From assembly GCA_045544515.1 (NCBI GenBank), contig JAZPZD010000015.1, forward strand, positions 32,557 through 96,556: a stretch of 64,000 nt of DNA, given 5' to 3'. This DNA is from Clostridia bacterium (GTDB taxonomy: Bacteria > Bacillota > Clostridia > UMGS1810). Shown here in pieces: positions 18,532 through 27,631 of this stretch (positions within the stretch are counted from its first letter, which is position 1; each line of letters starts with the position of its first letter). The position numbers and the translations under genes are program-made. The notes beneath the pieces were generated by a model. That model made no database searches and was not told the origin of the DNA. It saw only the letters and a program-made list of their open reading frames with translations.

Positions 18532-20835
18532 TTATTTTTTGTCGTTATTTCTGATTTCTACTCTTCTTATCTTTCCGCTTATAGTCTTTGGCAGTTCATC
18601 TACAAAGTCTACTATTCTCGGATATTTGTAAGGTGCGGTATTGGTCTTGACATATGTCTGAATTTCTTTTTTGAGTTCGTCTGTGCCCTCTTTGCCCTTT
18701 ACAAGAACTATTGTAGCCTTTACAATCTGTCCCCTTATTTCGTCGGGAACTGCTGTGATGGCACATTCCAGAACATACGGAAGCTCCATAATTACATTTT
18801 CTATTTCAAAAGGTCCTATGCGGTATCCCGATGATTTGATTACATCGTCTATTCTGCCCACATACCAGTAGTAGCCCTCTTCGTCCTTCCACGCAAGGTC
18901 GCCTGTGTGATACATACCGTCGTGCCAAGCCTTTTTGGTGGCTTCTTCGTCTTTGTAATACTCTGTGAAAAGACCGGGGGCAATTCTCTTGTCTGTACGG
19001 ACAACGATTTCGCCTGTTTCACCGACTTCCACGCTCTTGCCCTCGTCATTTACTATGTCTATATCATACATTGGGCTGGGTTTACCCATAGAGCCGGGTT
19101 TTGCCTTCATACCTCTCAAGTTTCCTACGGTAAGGGTGGTTTCTGTCTGACCAAAGCCCTCCATAAGCTTTAAGCCTGTTGCCTTTTTCCACTGTTCATA
19201 AACCTCGGGGTTTAGTGCTTCGCCCGCTGTTGTGGAATATTCAATGGTAGACAGGTCGTATTTTGACAAATCCTCTTTGATAAAAAATCTGTACATTGTC
19301 GGAGGAGCACAGAAGGTTGTGATATTGTACTTTTTGAACATTGGCAGTATATCGCCTGCATCAAATCTGTCAAAGTCATACACAAACACAGCCGCCTCGC
19401 AAAGCCACTGACCGTAAATCTTGCCCCAGAGTGCCTTGCCCCAACCTGTATCGGAAATTGTAAAGTGAAGTCCGTCGGGGTTTACATTGTGCCAGTATTT
19501 TGCTGTGATAAAGTGACCAAGCGGATACTTGTGGCTGTGAGCAACAATCTTGGGGTAGCCTGTTGTACCCGAACTAAAGAGCATTATGAGGTGGTCATTT
19601 CCGCAGGCGGTGTCTGCCTTTCTTTCGTATACATCGCTAAAGCGGTACATCTCGCTGTCAAAGCTGTGCCAGCCCTCTCTCTCGCCATGAGAGATAACCT
19701 TGATTTCCACGCTCGGGCATTTTGCTGCCGCATTTTCTGCGTGACGGGCAGTTTCGCCGTCGGCGCTGCAAACGATAGCCTTAACCGATGCAGCGTTAAA
19801 TCTGTATTCAAAGTCGTGCTCTACAAGCTGATTTGTCGCGGGAATTGTGATTGCCCCTATCTTGTGAAGTGCAAGGATAGAGAACCAGAACTCATAGTGT
19901 CTTTTGAGTACCAGCATAACCACATCGCCCTTTTTGATGCCAAGACTTTCAAAGTAGTTAGCTGTCATATTGGAATACTTTTTGAGGTCGCTAAAGGTAA
20001 ATCTTCTTTCTGTTTTGTCTGCAGCAACATGCATCATAGCCACTTTGTCGGGGCATTTTTCTGCAAGAGCATCAACGCAGTCAAAGGCAAAGTTGAATGT
20101 ATCGTCGTTTTTGAAGCTGATTTCTTTAAGACGCTTTTTGTCGTCCTTTACAGTTTCTACAAACTTTTTGTATACAGCGGTTTTGGGCTGTTCTACAACA
20201 ATCTCCTCTTTGGTATGTTCATATGCGGGCTCGCTTATTTCCTCGCCGTGCATTACCATAGCATAGATTTCTACATCGTCTCCGCCTACGGCAACTAATG
20301 CGTGAGGCATGGTACTGTTGTAATAGATTGTGTCGCCCGGTTCGAGCACTTCTACACTGTCACCTATATAGGCCTTGAGCTTTCCGGAGATTACTATATC
20401 AAACTCCTGACCGCTGTGTGTTGCATAATGAGGATTTTTTTCATCCTCTTCACTATACGGGATTTTTACCCAAAACGGCTCTGCAACTTTTTTCTTAAAC
20501 ATTGCCGCAAGGTTTTTGTATGTGTAGCCCTCTCTTCTTGTAATGGGCAGACCCTCGCCTTTTCGGGTTAATTCGTAGCCGGACAGTGTGGGGCTTGAGC
20601 CTTTCAAAAGGTCTGTGGGGTCCACATTAAACGCCTTGGCACATTTGTATATAAATGTAAAGTTAAAATCCCTCTTGCCGCTTTCATATTCCTTGTAATC
20701 ATCTACGCTGACGCCTGTATTTTTTGCCATTTCTTCCACAGAGAGCGAAAGCAATTCTCTCGTTTCTTTAATACGCAGGGCAACCTCCATAAGCTGCTTT
20801 AATTCCTGCGCTTCCATAAATACTTCTCCGTTCAT
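18532..20835 (-). CDS. fusion protein: XRE-type HTH + cupin domain + AMP-forming (ACSM/MACS-like) acyl-CoA synthetase
   Basis: 767 aa. The N-terminus LSLSVEEMAKNTGVSVDDYKEYESGKR is an HTH. HSGQEFDIVISGKLKAYIG...GDTIYYNSTMPHA is a cupin. LFSSGTTGYPKIVAHSH, YHTGD and SSGYRIGPFEIE are adenylate-forming core motifs. Confidence 0.85.
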   Translation of the reverse strand: MNGEVFMEAQELKQLMEVALRIKETRELLSLSVEEMAKNTGVSVDDYKEYESGKRDFNFTFIYKCAKAFNVDPTDLLKGSSPTLSGYELTRKGEGLPITRREGYTYKNLAAMFKKKVAEPFWVKIPYSEEDEKNPHYATHSGQEFDIVISGKLKAYIGDSVEVLEPGDTIYYNSTMPHALVAVGGDDVEIYAMVMHGEEISEPAYEHTKEEIVVEQPKTAVYKKFVETVKDDKKRLKEISFKNDDTFNFAFDCVDALAEKCPDKVAMMHVAADKTERRFTFSDLKKYSNMTANYFESLGIKKGDVVMLVLKRHYEFWFSILALHKIGAITIPATNQLVEHDFEYRFNAASVKAIVCSADGETARHAENAAAKCPSVEIKVISHGEREGWHSFDSEMYRFSDVYERKADTACGNDHLIMLFSSGTTGYPKIVAHSHKYPLGHFITAKYWHNVNPDGLHFTISDTGWGKALWGKIYGQWLCEAAVFVYDFDRFDAGDILPMFKKYNITTFCAPPTMYRFFIKEDLSKYDLSTIEYSTTAGEALNPEVYEQWKKATGLKLMEGFGQTETTLTVGNLRGMKAKPGSMGKPSPMYDIDIVNDEGKSVEVGETGEIVVRTDKRIAPGLFTEYYKDEEATKKAWHDGMYHTGDLAWKDEEGYYWYVGRIDDVIKSSGYRIGPFEIENVIMELPYVLECAITAVPDEIRGQIVKATIVLVKGKEGTDELKKEIQTYVKTNTAPYKYPRIVDFVDELPKTISGKIRRVEIRNNDKK

Positions 20836-20879
20836 AAGTTACCATCCTTTCCAAAGTGCTTCGGCGGTAATTTTTGAAA

Positions 20880-21165
20880 ATAAAAAATTCCGCCTCAAAG
20901 AATCCTTTGAGACGGAATATATATTCCGCGGTACCACTCAAATTGCATAAGTCTTACCTTATGCCACTCACAGACTCCAACAAGTCCTATGCACTAACGC
21001 AGCATCTCTCGGGATACGCCTACTTGGGACAAAGCCCTTTGGGATATCCGGCTCGGAAGTGATGGGTCATTGGGAAGTTCAGTCATTGGCTCGCAGCAAC
21101 CGCCAACTCTCTCAAAACCTTGCAACCCGACCGTCTTCGTCACAGCCTTTCAATATTAAACTATG
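20880..21165 (-). promoter_or_regulatory. T-box riboswitch leader, probable Ile (AUC) specifier
   Basis: Minus-strand read: K-turn GGCUGUGA.../...CCGAGCC, AGAGAG bulge, distal loop GGUUGCUGCGA, specifier loop ...CCC-AUC-A (plus 21061-21063), AGUA-II box, GCGUUAG F-box-like element, T-box GAGUGGUACCGCGG (20937-20927), and terminator CCGTCTCAAAGG...CTTTGAGGCGG plus a U-run. Confidence 0.8.
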
Positions 21166-21170
21166 GGAAC

Positions 21171-21199
21171 ATATTATCACATTTAAAAAACATTGTCAA
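21171..21199 (-). promoter_or_regulatory. sigmaA-type promoter of the T-box leader
   Basis: TTGACA, 17 nt, TAATAT. Confidence 0.5.
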
Positions 21200-21217
21200 T
21201 AGTTTTTCTTAAAAAAA

Positions 21218-21907
21218 TCACTCCAGAATATTTGTGGTAATATAGTCCACACCGCAGGAAATGAGCCTTTTGGCATCGTCTTTGGTATCAACTGTCCAAG
21301 AGTTTACCAAGATACCGTTTTTGTGCAAAAGCCGTACTCTTTCCTTTGTGATTTCCTTATGATATATGTCTATATCCATTTTGTGTTTTTTGAGTTTGTC
21401 AGTAAGATTATCGCTCCATTTGGACACAAGATACTCAAGTGTCAGTTTTGAACTGATTTCCCTTAAAGAAACAAGATTTTCAAAATCGAATGATATAAAA
21501 ACCGTATTGTCCAGATACTTAAGCTCGCGGATTATGTCCACTATCCTTTTGATATCCTTCTTTGGCATATGGTTTTTTATTTCCAGCACGGATTTCTTGC
21601 CGTATTTTTTGCAAATTCTTATGTATTCCGAAAGAGTGGGTATCGTGAGGTCAGAACGGACAGCACCATCACAGGTATCCTTTAACACTATGGTTTTTAA
21701 ATCTTCGTAACTGCTTTTTTCGACAACCATATCCACACCTGCAAGGCGTTTAAGGTTGTCATCGTGAAAGATAACAAAGCTGCCGTCGGCACAAAGGTGC
21801 ACATCTGTTTCTATACCCCAGTATGTGCGGTTTGCCGCAGCTACAAAAGCAGAGTTTGTGTTTTCGGTTTCGATACCGCTAAGGCCCCTGTGTGCAATTA
21901 AGTGCAC
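21218..21907 (-). CDS. glycerophosphodiester phosphodiesterase
   Basis: MHLIAHRGLSG...ENTNSAF...GIETDVHL...IFHDDNL (GDPD motifs). Confidence 0.9.
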   Translation of the reverse strand: MHLIAHRGLSGIETENTNSAFVAAANRTYWGIETDVHLCADGSFVIFHDDNLKRLAGVDMVVEKSSYEDLKTIVLKDTCDGAVRSDLTIPTLSEYIRICKKYGKKSVLEIKNHMPKKDIKRIVDIIRELKYLDNTVFISFDFENLVSLREISSKLTLEYLVSKWSDNLTDKLKKHKMDIDIYHKEITKERVRLLHKNGILVNSWTVDTKDDAKRLISCGVDYITTNILE

Positions 21908-21959
21908 ATCTGATTTTTTAATCTTTATTGTATCCGTTTGAAATCAACCTTTCCTGATA

Positions 21960-22349
21960 TTAGTCCAAAAGAGCGTTAAGACTTCCGTTGCCCAGAGCCT
22001 CAAGCATAACCTTTGCTGTGGTTTCGTTGGTAGCAAGGGGTATCTTTTGTACATCGCAAAGTCGCAGCAGTGCAGAAACATCGGGTTCGTGCGGCTGTGC
22101 AGTAAGCGGGTCTCTCAAAAATATTATAAGGTCCAAAGCTCCGTCTGCAAGCATGGCACCTATCTGCTGGTCGCCTCCCAGTGGGCCGCTTTTAAGACGG
22201 CAAATATCCAGTTTGGTCTCGCCCATAATCATTGTTCCTGTGGTGCCTGTGGCATAAAGCTCGTGATTTGCCAGAACATCCTTGTATTTTCTGGCAAGCT
22301 CTATTATCTCCTGTTTCTTTTTGTCATGAGCAATAAGTGCAATTTTCAT
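21960..22349 (-). CDS. mgsA: methylglyoxal synthase
   Basis: [19 protein letters not shown]...LYATGTTG...[11 protein letters not shown]. Confidence 0.95.
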   Translation of the reverse strand: MKIALIAHDKKKQEIIELARKYKDVLANHELYATGTTGTMIMGETKLDICRLKSGPLGGDQQIGAMLADGALDLIIFLRDPLTAQPHEPDVSALLRLCDVQKIPLATNETTAKVMLEALGNGSLNALLD

Positions 22350-22562
22350 AATATAAACCTCTCTTTTGTTATATCCTTATTATATGAATTTAAGTTCAAT
22401 TAATTATATCACAATAACAAGACTATTACAACCTGTTTTTATATTTGCAATATTACAAGAAATGTGCTAAAATGATATATATTTCTTACCTTGGTTTTTC
22501 TGGTAAACCATCAGACTTATGGGTGCAAAAAAAGAGCATCCACAAAATGTGAATGCTCTTTT

Positions 22563-22638
22563 TGGTGCACCATCAGGGACTCGAACCCGGGACACCCTGA
22601 TTAAGAGTCAGGTGCTCTACCAACTGAGCTAATGGTGC
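22563..22638 (-). tRNA. tRNA-Lys (anticodon CUU)
   Basis: Reverse complement folds as a cloverleaf: acceptor GCACCAT/ATGGTGC, anticodon arm CCTGA-CTCTTAA-TCAGG, T-loop TTCGAGT (one C-U mismatch in the T stem), encoded CCA. A terminator hairpin lies just downstream at ~22529-22562. Confidence 0.85.
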
Positions 22639-22715
22639 TTGTCTAATCAACATTGACTATTATACACATTTGGGACAAGTTTGTCAAGCACTTTTTTCAA
22701 AAAAAGGAGAAAAAA

Positions 22716-23849
22716 ATGAACTTTTACGCCATTACAAGTGAATTTAATCCCTTTCATACGGGACACAAATATCTGATTGAGCAAACAAAGAAAAAAACTC
22801 TCACCGATGCAGTAGTTTGCATAATGAGCGGCAGTATGGTTCAAAGGGGCGATGTTGCCGTCTTTGACAAATGGACAAGAGCCAAAGCCGCAGTGCAAAA
22901 CGGAATAGATCTGGTAGTGGAGCTGCCCGTATGCTATGTGTTGCAATCTGCAGATATTTTTGCAAGAGGTGCTGTGGAAATTGCAAATGCTCTGGGCTGC
23001 CAAGGCATAAGCTTTGGCTCGGAATGTACAGACACCTCGCTTATATACAAAATGGCAGAATTAAAGCAAAACGAACCCCCGGAATACAGAAACGCTCTTA
23101 AAAAATATTTAGACAGCGGTCTGGGATATCCTACCGCCTGCGAAAAAGCCGCGAGAGATTTTCTTGGCGAAATTCCCCAAGAAATAACTATGCCAAACAC
23201 TACCCTTGGCATTTCGTATATTTCAGCTATCAAAAAAATAAATCCAAATATCAAAATACACATAGAAAAACGCCTCGGCAGCTATCACAGCGATACAATC
23301 GGAGAAGATTTTGCCAGTGCATCCGCACTTCGCAAAATTTTGCTCTCGGGCGACAAGATACAAGATTATTTGCTATGTACAAATGACGAAATATATGATA
23401 TAAATAACATATCGTCACTAATATTGGGGTTTTTTCGTATGGCAAAAGAGGAATGCCTTAAAAACATTTCGGGTATGGAAGAAGGCCTTGCACTAAGACT
23501 TATCCAAAAAAGCCGCGAAACAGGAAATCTCACAGACTTTTTTGATGCATGTGTAACAAAACGCTACACACTGCATCGAATACGCAGAGTTGTCCTATGT
23601 TCCATTCTTGGCATTACTTCTATCCCATCTGCGTCGTATATAAGAGTTCTTGCTCTTAACTCAACAGGTGCAAAAATTTTGAAACAAGCAAAAGATACCT
23701 GCCCGCTTGAAGTGATAACAAAAATACCTAATTGCAACCAAAAGACAAATCCAATGCTCCTTAAAGACATCCTTTCTACAGACATAGCAGCTTTGTGCGT
23801 GGGAAAGAGTGCTTCTTTGGATTACACAACTACACCGATAATACTATGA
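22716..23849 (+). CDS. tmcAL: tRNA(Met) cytidine acetate ligase (YlbM/TmcAL family nucleotidyltransferase)
   Basis: MNFYAITSEFNPFHTGHKYLIEQ (HxGH-type motif), ...IMSGSMVQRGD...VVELP, with an AAGGAG RBS. Confidence 0.8.
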   Translation: MNFYAITSEFNPFHTGHKYLIEQTKKKTLTDAVVCIMSGSMVQRGDVAVFDKWTRAKAAVQNGIDLVVELPVCYVLQSADIFARGAVEIANALGCQGISFGSECTDTSLIYKMAELKQNEPPEYRNALKKYLDSGLGYPTACEKAARDFLGEIPQEITMPNTTLGISYISAIKKINPNIKIHIEKRLGSYHSDTIGEDFASASALRKILLSGDKIQDYLLCTNDEIYDINNISSLILGFFRMAKEECLKNISGMEEGLALRLIQKSRETGNLTDFFDACVTKRYTLHRIRRVVLCSILGITSIPSASYIRVLALNSTGAKILKQAKDTCPLEVITKIPNCNQKTNPMLLKDILSTDIAALCVGKSASLDYTTTPIIL

Positions 23850-23864
23850 TAAGGACAAAAATAT

Positions 23865-24704
23865 ATGAACTTTGCATTTTACGGGCTACACAAATTCTCA
23901 ATCGTTTTTGCTGATCTTCTCTCCGAGGCGGCAAAGCAAAATACTTCAATAAAGATTACGGGTGTTTTTGCAAGAAACACCACCTCGACGGTAAACGCAG
24001 CAATAAAGATAAACACCAAGGTATATGCTTCATTTGATGACTTGATAAAAGAAGCGGATGTAATTGTTATAGGCTATGGTGATGACAGCCTTGGCGAAAT
24101 CAGTATGCTTTTAAAGGAAAAAGGCGTCAAAAACAAAATTCTGTGCCATTTCAGCACCGAATACAACTCCTCTATACTGTCTTGCGGTACCACCAACACC
24201 TGCTACAGCATCAATTTTCCGTTTTTGTACGAAACTGTCAAAGCATACAAAAGCGTTAATCCCACCATTACCTTTGAAGGCGGCGGAAGAAGGCACGATG
24301 AATTCAAAGCCCTCATGGAAGAAAATCTTAAAAAATGCATCTTCTGCAGCCAAAACTCCAGAGAGCTTTCGCTTATTGCCAAAAGGGCTACAACTGTTCT
24401 GGTGCCGGAAGTGATTGATGTTTTCGAGTTTCTCTATAAAGCTTCGGATATTTACGACAAGGAAGAATACATAAATTTGGTTTTGAAGTCCATCGCCGAC
24501 CGCTTGCGTGAAAAGCCTCTGGGAACAGCATCACCAAAAACAACCGAAGATGGTTTGAAAAAAAACATCCGCGTTTTAAACGCACTTGGTGAACCGGAAA
24601 TGAAAGAGCTCTACAAGCAGTTGGAGCTTTATACCGCGGAAAACACTCATTATAATCAGGAAGATAAGTATAGGATAAGGAAAATACTCAACAAGAAAAA
24701 ATAA
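23865..24704 (+). CDS. hypothetical protein (possibly a degenerate Rossmann/DUF2520-like fold)
   Basis: 279-aa ORF with a RBS. The N-terminal beta-alpha pattern lacks a clean GxGxxG. The function call is weak. Confidence 0.4.
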   Translation: MNFAFYGLHKFSIVFADLLSEAAKQNTSIKITGVFARNTTSTVNAAIKINTKVYASFDDLIKEADVIVIGYGDDSLGEISMLLKEKGVKNKILCHFSTEYNSSILSCGTTNTCYSINFPFLYETVKAYKSVNPTITFEGGGRRHDEFKALMEENLKKCIFCSQNSRELSLIAKRATTVLVPEVIDVFEFLYKASDIYDKEEYINLVLKSIADRLREKPLGTASPKTTEDGLKKNIRVLNALGEPEMKELYKQLELYTAENTHYNQEDKYRIRKILNKKK

Positions 24705-24707
24705 AAA

Positions 24708-24745
24708 GTGACTGTAAAAAATCCGTTTGAATTTTTTACAGCCAC
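24708..24745. terminator. palindromic bidirectional terminator (same family as 13351-13388)
   Basis: GTGACTGTAAAAAATCCGTTTGAATTTTTTACAGCCAC. Confidence 0.7.
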
Positions 24746-24761
24746 TTTGTTCTAATCAAGA

Positions 24762-24998
24762 TTATTTTACAACTATAGCAAGCACAATAGATGTAACGAT
24801 AAAGAGAAATGCTACAACTGCTGTAGCCTTTTCGAGCATACCGTCGAGAGTTCTTGCTTTGTTCTTGCCAAAAAATGTTTCCGCACCGCCACCGATAGAA
24901 CCGGAAAGACCTGCAGATTTACCGGACTGGAGCAAAACAACCAAAACCAACACAAGTGCGAGCACTACATGTATTATAGTAAAAACTGTTTCAAGCAT
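24762..24998 (-). CDS. secG: preprotein translocase subunit SecG
   Basis: 78 aa: ...VLVVLLQSGKSAGLSGSIGGGAETFFG... Confidence 0.9.
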   Translation of the reverse strand: MLETVFTIIHVVLALVLVLVVLLQSGKSAGLSGSIGGGAETFFGKNKARTLDGMLEKATAVVAFLFIVTSIVLAIVVK

Positions 24999-25150
24999 CT
25001 ATGACACCTCCATTTGTATTTCTCATATAAAGGTATTTTATCACAACGGTATATATTTTGCAACACTTTTTTTAACATTATTAAAATTATATAAGTTGCA
25101 TCAGACTATATTTTGTGATACAATAAATAAAAAACAAGCGGAGGTAATAT

Positions 25151-25390
25151 ATGCGTCTTGATAAATATTTAAAGGTTTCCCGCCTTATTAAAAGGAGAAC
25201 TGTTGCGTGTCAGGCGTGCGAGCTTGGCAAGGTTACGCTAAACGGCAAGGTTGCAAAGCCATCTGCTTCGGTCAGCGAAGGCGATACAATCTCAATAACC
25301 CTGGGAGCCAAAACAATTACAGTAAAGGTAGAAAAAATCACGGAGCACGCTTTAAAGGCTGATGCATCCGATATGTACACAGTTTTGTAA
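25151..25390 (+). CDS. yabO: S4-domain RNA-binding protein (YabO/Hsp15-like)
   Basis: MRLDKYLKVSRLIKRRTVA...; first gene of the conserved yabO-yabP-yabQ-divIC-yabR order. Confidence 0.85.
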   Translation: MRLDKYLKVSRLIKRRTVACQACELGKVTLNGKVAKPSASVSEGDTISITLGAKTITVKVEKITEHALKADASDMYTVL

Positions 25391-25407
25391 TACAAGCCGC
25401 CTTTTGT

Positions 25408-25436
25408 GCATATTTATGTAATATAAATATACGAAA
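25408..25436 (+). promoter_or_regulatory. possible sigmaE-type promoter for yabP-yabQ, embedded in a long hairpin
   Basis: GCATATT, 14 nt, ATACGAAA compared with my remembered sigmaE consensus kmATATT-N14-CATACAhT. The -10 match is only partial. Confidence 0.25.
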
Positions 25437-25451
25437 AGGCGGGATTTTTTT

Positions 25452-25754
25452 ATGGAAGAAAAAAGACAAAGTAACAAAGTGCGAACAGAACAAATGCATA
25501 ATCTTATCTTGGAAAACCGAAAGAAGTTAAGCGTATCGGGCATTGAAGAAGTAGAGAGCTTTAACGAAGAAGAAATAATCTTGAGGACCTCATCATCGGG
25601 AGTGCTTGTAATCAAGGGTAAGTGTCTGCATATCAATAAACTAAATGTGGATACCGGCGATGTAAACATTGCGGGCGAGATAACCAATATGGACTATGTA
25701 GATGAGTCTGCCAAGACAAAGGGACCGTCACTGATATCGCGTCTATTAAGGTAA
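25452..25754 (+). CDS. yabP: sporulation protein YabP
   Basis: ...HNLILENRKKLSVSGIEEVESFNEEEIIL... Confidence 0.9.
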   Translation: MEEKRQSNKVRTEQMHNLILENRKKLSVSGIEEVESFNEEEIILRTSSSGVLVIKGKCLHINKLNVDTGDVNIAGEITNMDYVDESAKTKGPSLISRLLR

Positions 25755-25769
25755 CGGCGGTGATATTTT

Positions 25770-26306
25770 GTGGAAATCTCTGCGTCTAATCAGGCATTTG
25801 TTTTTCTGGCAATGGTAGTGTGCGGGTTTGCGTGCGGATTTGTTTTTGACTTTTTCAGAGCAATACGCCGTTTTAAATCAAGCGGCAAAAGGATCGTGGC
25901 AACACAGGACATACTCTTTTGGCTGGCTGAACTTGTAATAGTTTACGAGGTGCTTTTTAAACTCAACTACGCACGCATAAGATTATACGAAGCGATTGCT
26001 CTTGTATTGGGGTCTTTTTTGTATTTTATGACGGTGTCACACTATGCAATATCTATGATGTGCACTCTTGTTGGCTGGGGTGCAAAACTAATCATTGCTG
26101 TTTTTTTACCATTGTACAGATTGGTGTTAAAAACACTCACACCACTTGTAAAAGCAAAGAATTCCATCGTGTGCAAAATAATGAGTTTGAAAATTCATCT
26201 TGTCACCCGTATGCGTAACATCACCCAAAAAATAACCCTGGGCAAAAAACAAGTTGTCCAAAAAGCATCACACCTATTTAAAAAAACCACAAAAAAAGAT
26301 ACCTGA
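25770..26306 (+). CDS. yabQ: spore cortex biosynthesis protein YabQ
   Basis: GTG start, FLAMVVCGFACGFVFDFFRAIRR, multi-TM, and synteny. Confidence 0.8.
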   Translation: MEISASNQAFVFLAMVVCGFACGFVFDFFRAIRRFKSSGKRIVATQDILFWLAELVIVYEVLFKLNYARIRLYEAIALVLGSFLYFMTVSHYAISMMCTLVGWGAKLIIAVFLPLYRLVLKTLTPLVKAKNSIVCKIMSLKIHLVTRMRNITQKITLGKKQVVQKASHLFKKTTKKDT

Positions 26307-26381
26307 ATCAAAAAACATCTTTACATTTTGATATTAATGTTATATAATATTTGTGTATAAACTCTGTGCGGAGGTGAAGGA

Positions 26382-26660
26382 ATGAAAAAGAAAAAAAGAA
26401 ACACCTTTTTCAAAATAGTTATTCTGTTTTCTGTGTGTTTATTTGCAAGTCTTTTTTTCGACAAAATTTCTTCTCTTAAAAGCTATAACAAAGAAATAGA
26501 GGCTCTTAATGCACAGATTGCTGAGCAGGAAGAATACTCTAAACAGCTTGACAAAATAGCCAAGGAATACGCTTCCGACGAATATGTTGAAAAGTATGCT
26601 CGTTCGCTTGGCCTTGTAAAACCAAACGAAAAAATTTTTAAAAACTACAACGAAAAGTAG
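26382..26660 (+). CDS. divIC: septum formation initiator (DivIC/FtsB family)
   Basis: 92 aa, TM helix plus coiled coil (EIEALNAQIAEQEEYSKQL), and synteny. Confidence 0.8.
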   Translation: MKKKKRNTFFKIVILFSVCLFASLFFDKISSLKSYNKEIEALNAQIAEQEEYSKQLDKIAKEYASDEYVEKYARSLGLVKPNEKIFKNYNEK

Positions 26661-26686
26661 GCTCACAGGGGAGGCTTTTTTACAGT

Positions 26687-27169
26687 ATGCAGCTTGAAGA
26701 GGGTAAGATTGTTACCGGCAAGGTGACGGGTATAACCAAATTTGGTGCTTTTGTAGAATTAGAAGGCGGTATAACAGGTCTTGTACATATATCCGAGATA
26801 TCTCTTGATTATGTAAACGACATAAACGACCACATAAAAATAGGTGACAATGTGGAAGTTAAGGTATTACCCGAAGAAAAAAAGGGTAAAATAGGATTGT
26901 CAATCAAGCAGGCACTAAAAGAAAAGCTTGGGGACAGTGTTCCTGCAAAAAAACCTTTCAAAAAAAGAGAGCCCCGCACTCAAAGAAGTGCACCGCCTGA
27001 TTTTAGTGTTCAGCCGGTGGAATTTTCGTTTGCAAAAGACAGCGATGATATGTCCTTTGAAGATAAATTAAACAAATTCAAACAGACAAGTGACGAAAGA
27101 ATGCACGATATCAAGCGCTCGTTTGAATCCAAGCGAGGAACAAGCCGAAGAGGAAACGGCAATTATTAA
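26687..27169 (+). CDS. yabR: S1 RNA-binding domain protein YabR
   Basis: GKIVTGKVTGITKFGAFVELEGGITGLVHISEIS. Confidence 0.85.
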   Translation: MQLEEGKIVTGKVTGITKFGAFVELEGGITGLVHISEISLDYVNDINDHIKIGDNVEVKVLPEEKKGKIGLSIKQALKEKLGDSVPAKKPFKKREPRTQRSAPPDFSVQPVEFSFAKDSDDMSFEDKLNKFKQTSDERMHDIKRSFESKRGTSRRGNGNY

Positions 27170-27234
27170 TTTTTTGAAAATTTAGTATTGACAAACCGTG
27201 CCTTAAGTGTTATTATAGTAAGGCACGGTGGTAC

Positions 27235-27323
27235 GCCGGAGTGGCGGAACTGGCAGACGCACAGGACTTAAAATCCTGCGAGGGTTAAACTTCGTACCGG
27301 TTCGATTCCGGTCTCCGGCACCA
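27235..27323 (+). tRNA. tRNA-Leu (anticodon UAA)
   Basis: GCCGGAG...CAGGA-CTTAAAA-TCCTG, a long variable arm, ACCGG-TTCGATT-CCGGT, CTCCGGC-ACCA. The promoter TTGACA-17-TATTAT lies upstream at ~27186-27214. Confidence 0.9.
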
Positions 27324-27347
27324 ACTATGCATAGTAAAATTAAATAT

Positions 27348-27424
<77 letters not shown>

Positions 27425-27430
27425 CAACAG

Positions 27431-27458
27431 AAAAAGCACCCATTTGGGGTGCTTTTTT
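27431..27458 (+). terminator. terminator of the tRNA pair
   Basis: AAAAAGCACCC-ATTT-GGGGTGCTTTTTT. Confidence 0.7.
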
Positions 27459-27631
27459 GTTGTACTTGTATAGTGTCAGTAATTTGAACTAATTGCCTTG
27501 TAGGGTTATGAGACCGAAGGGCGAATAACTTGCTTTCGAGCCGAGTGCTGCCGGTGGCAGATGCAGCGAGGCAAGAAAGGGGCAGCGGTCAAATCGGCGT
27601 GCCGACGCTTGCGGCGGCACACAGTCGATTT
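27442..27631. other. orphan intergenic insert with GC-rich hairpins (candidate ncRNA or integration scar)
   Basis: Lies between two copies of CACAACAGAAAAAGCACCC. Stems CTTGC..UUCG/CGAG..GCAAG, CUGCC/GGCAG, UCAAAUCG/CGAUUUGG and GUGCCG/CGGCAC are visible. It is visibly far more GC-rich than its surroundings. Confidence 0.3.

Noticed and set aside
19465-20298. 277-aa ORF on the plus strand (with similar long antisense ORFs at 40270-41076, 17911-18492, 28017-28646, 61364-62011, 60460-60996, 37116-37559 and 12571-13143)
   Set aside because: All lie entirely antisense to well-supported genes with clear family motifs. They have Cys/Arg/Phe-rich, low-complexity translations and no RBS, and are typical shadow ORFs.
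24727-25161. 144-aa plus-strand ORF
   Set aside because: It is antisense to secG, which has an unmistakable sequence, and it crosses the secG promoter region.
27505-27631. GC-rich hairpins considered as SRP RNA, 6S RNA, group II intron domain V or tRNA-Sec
   Set aside because: There is only an 8-nt GGCAGATG match to 4.5S RNA, with no GGAA/AGCA domain IV motif. It lacks the long bubble architecture of 6S RNA. The stems do not pair as a 34-nt domain V with an AGC triad. There is no cloverleaf. It stays as an unknown in the findings.
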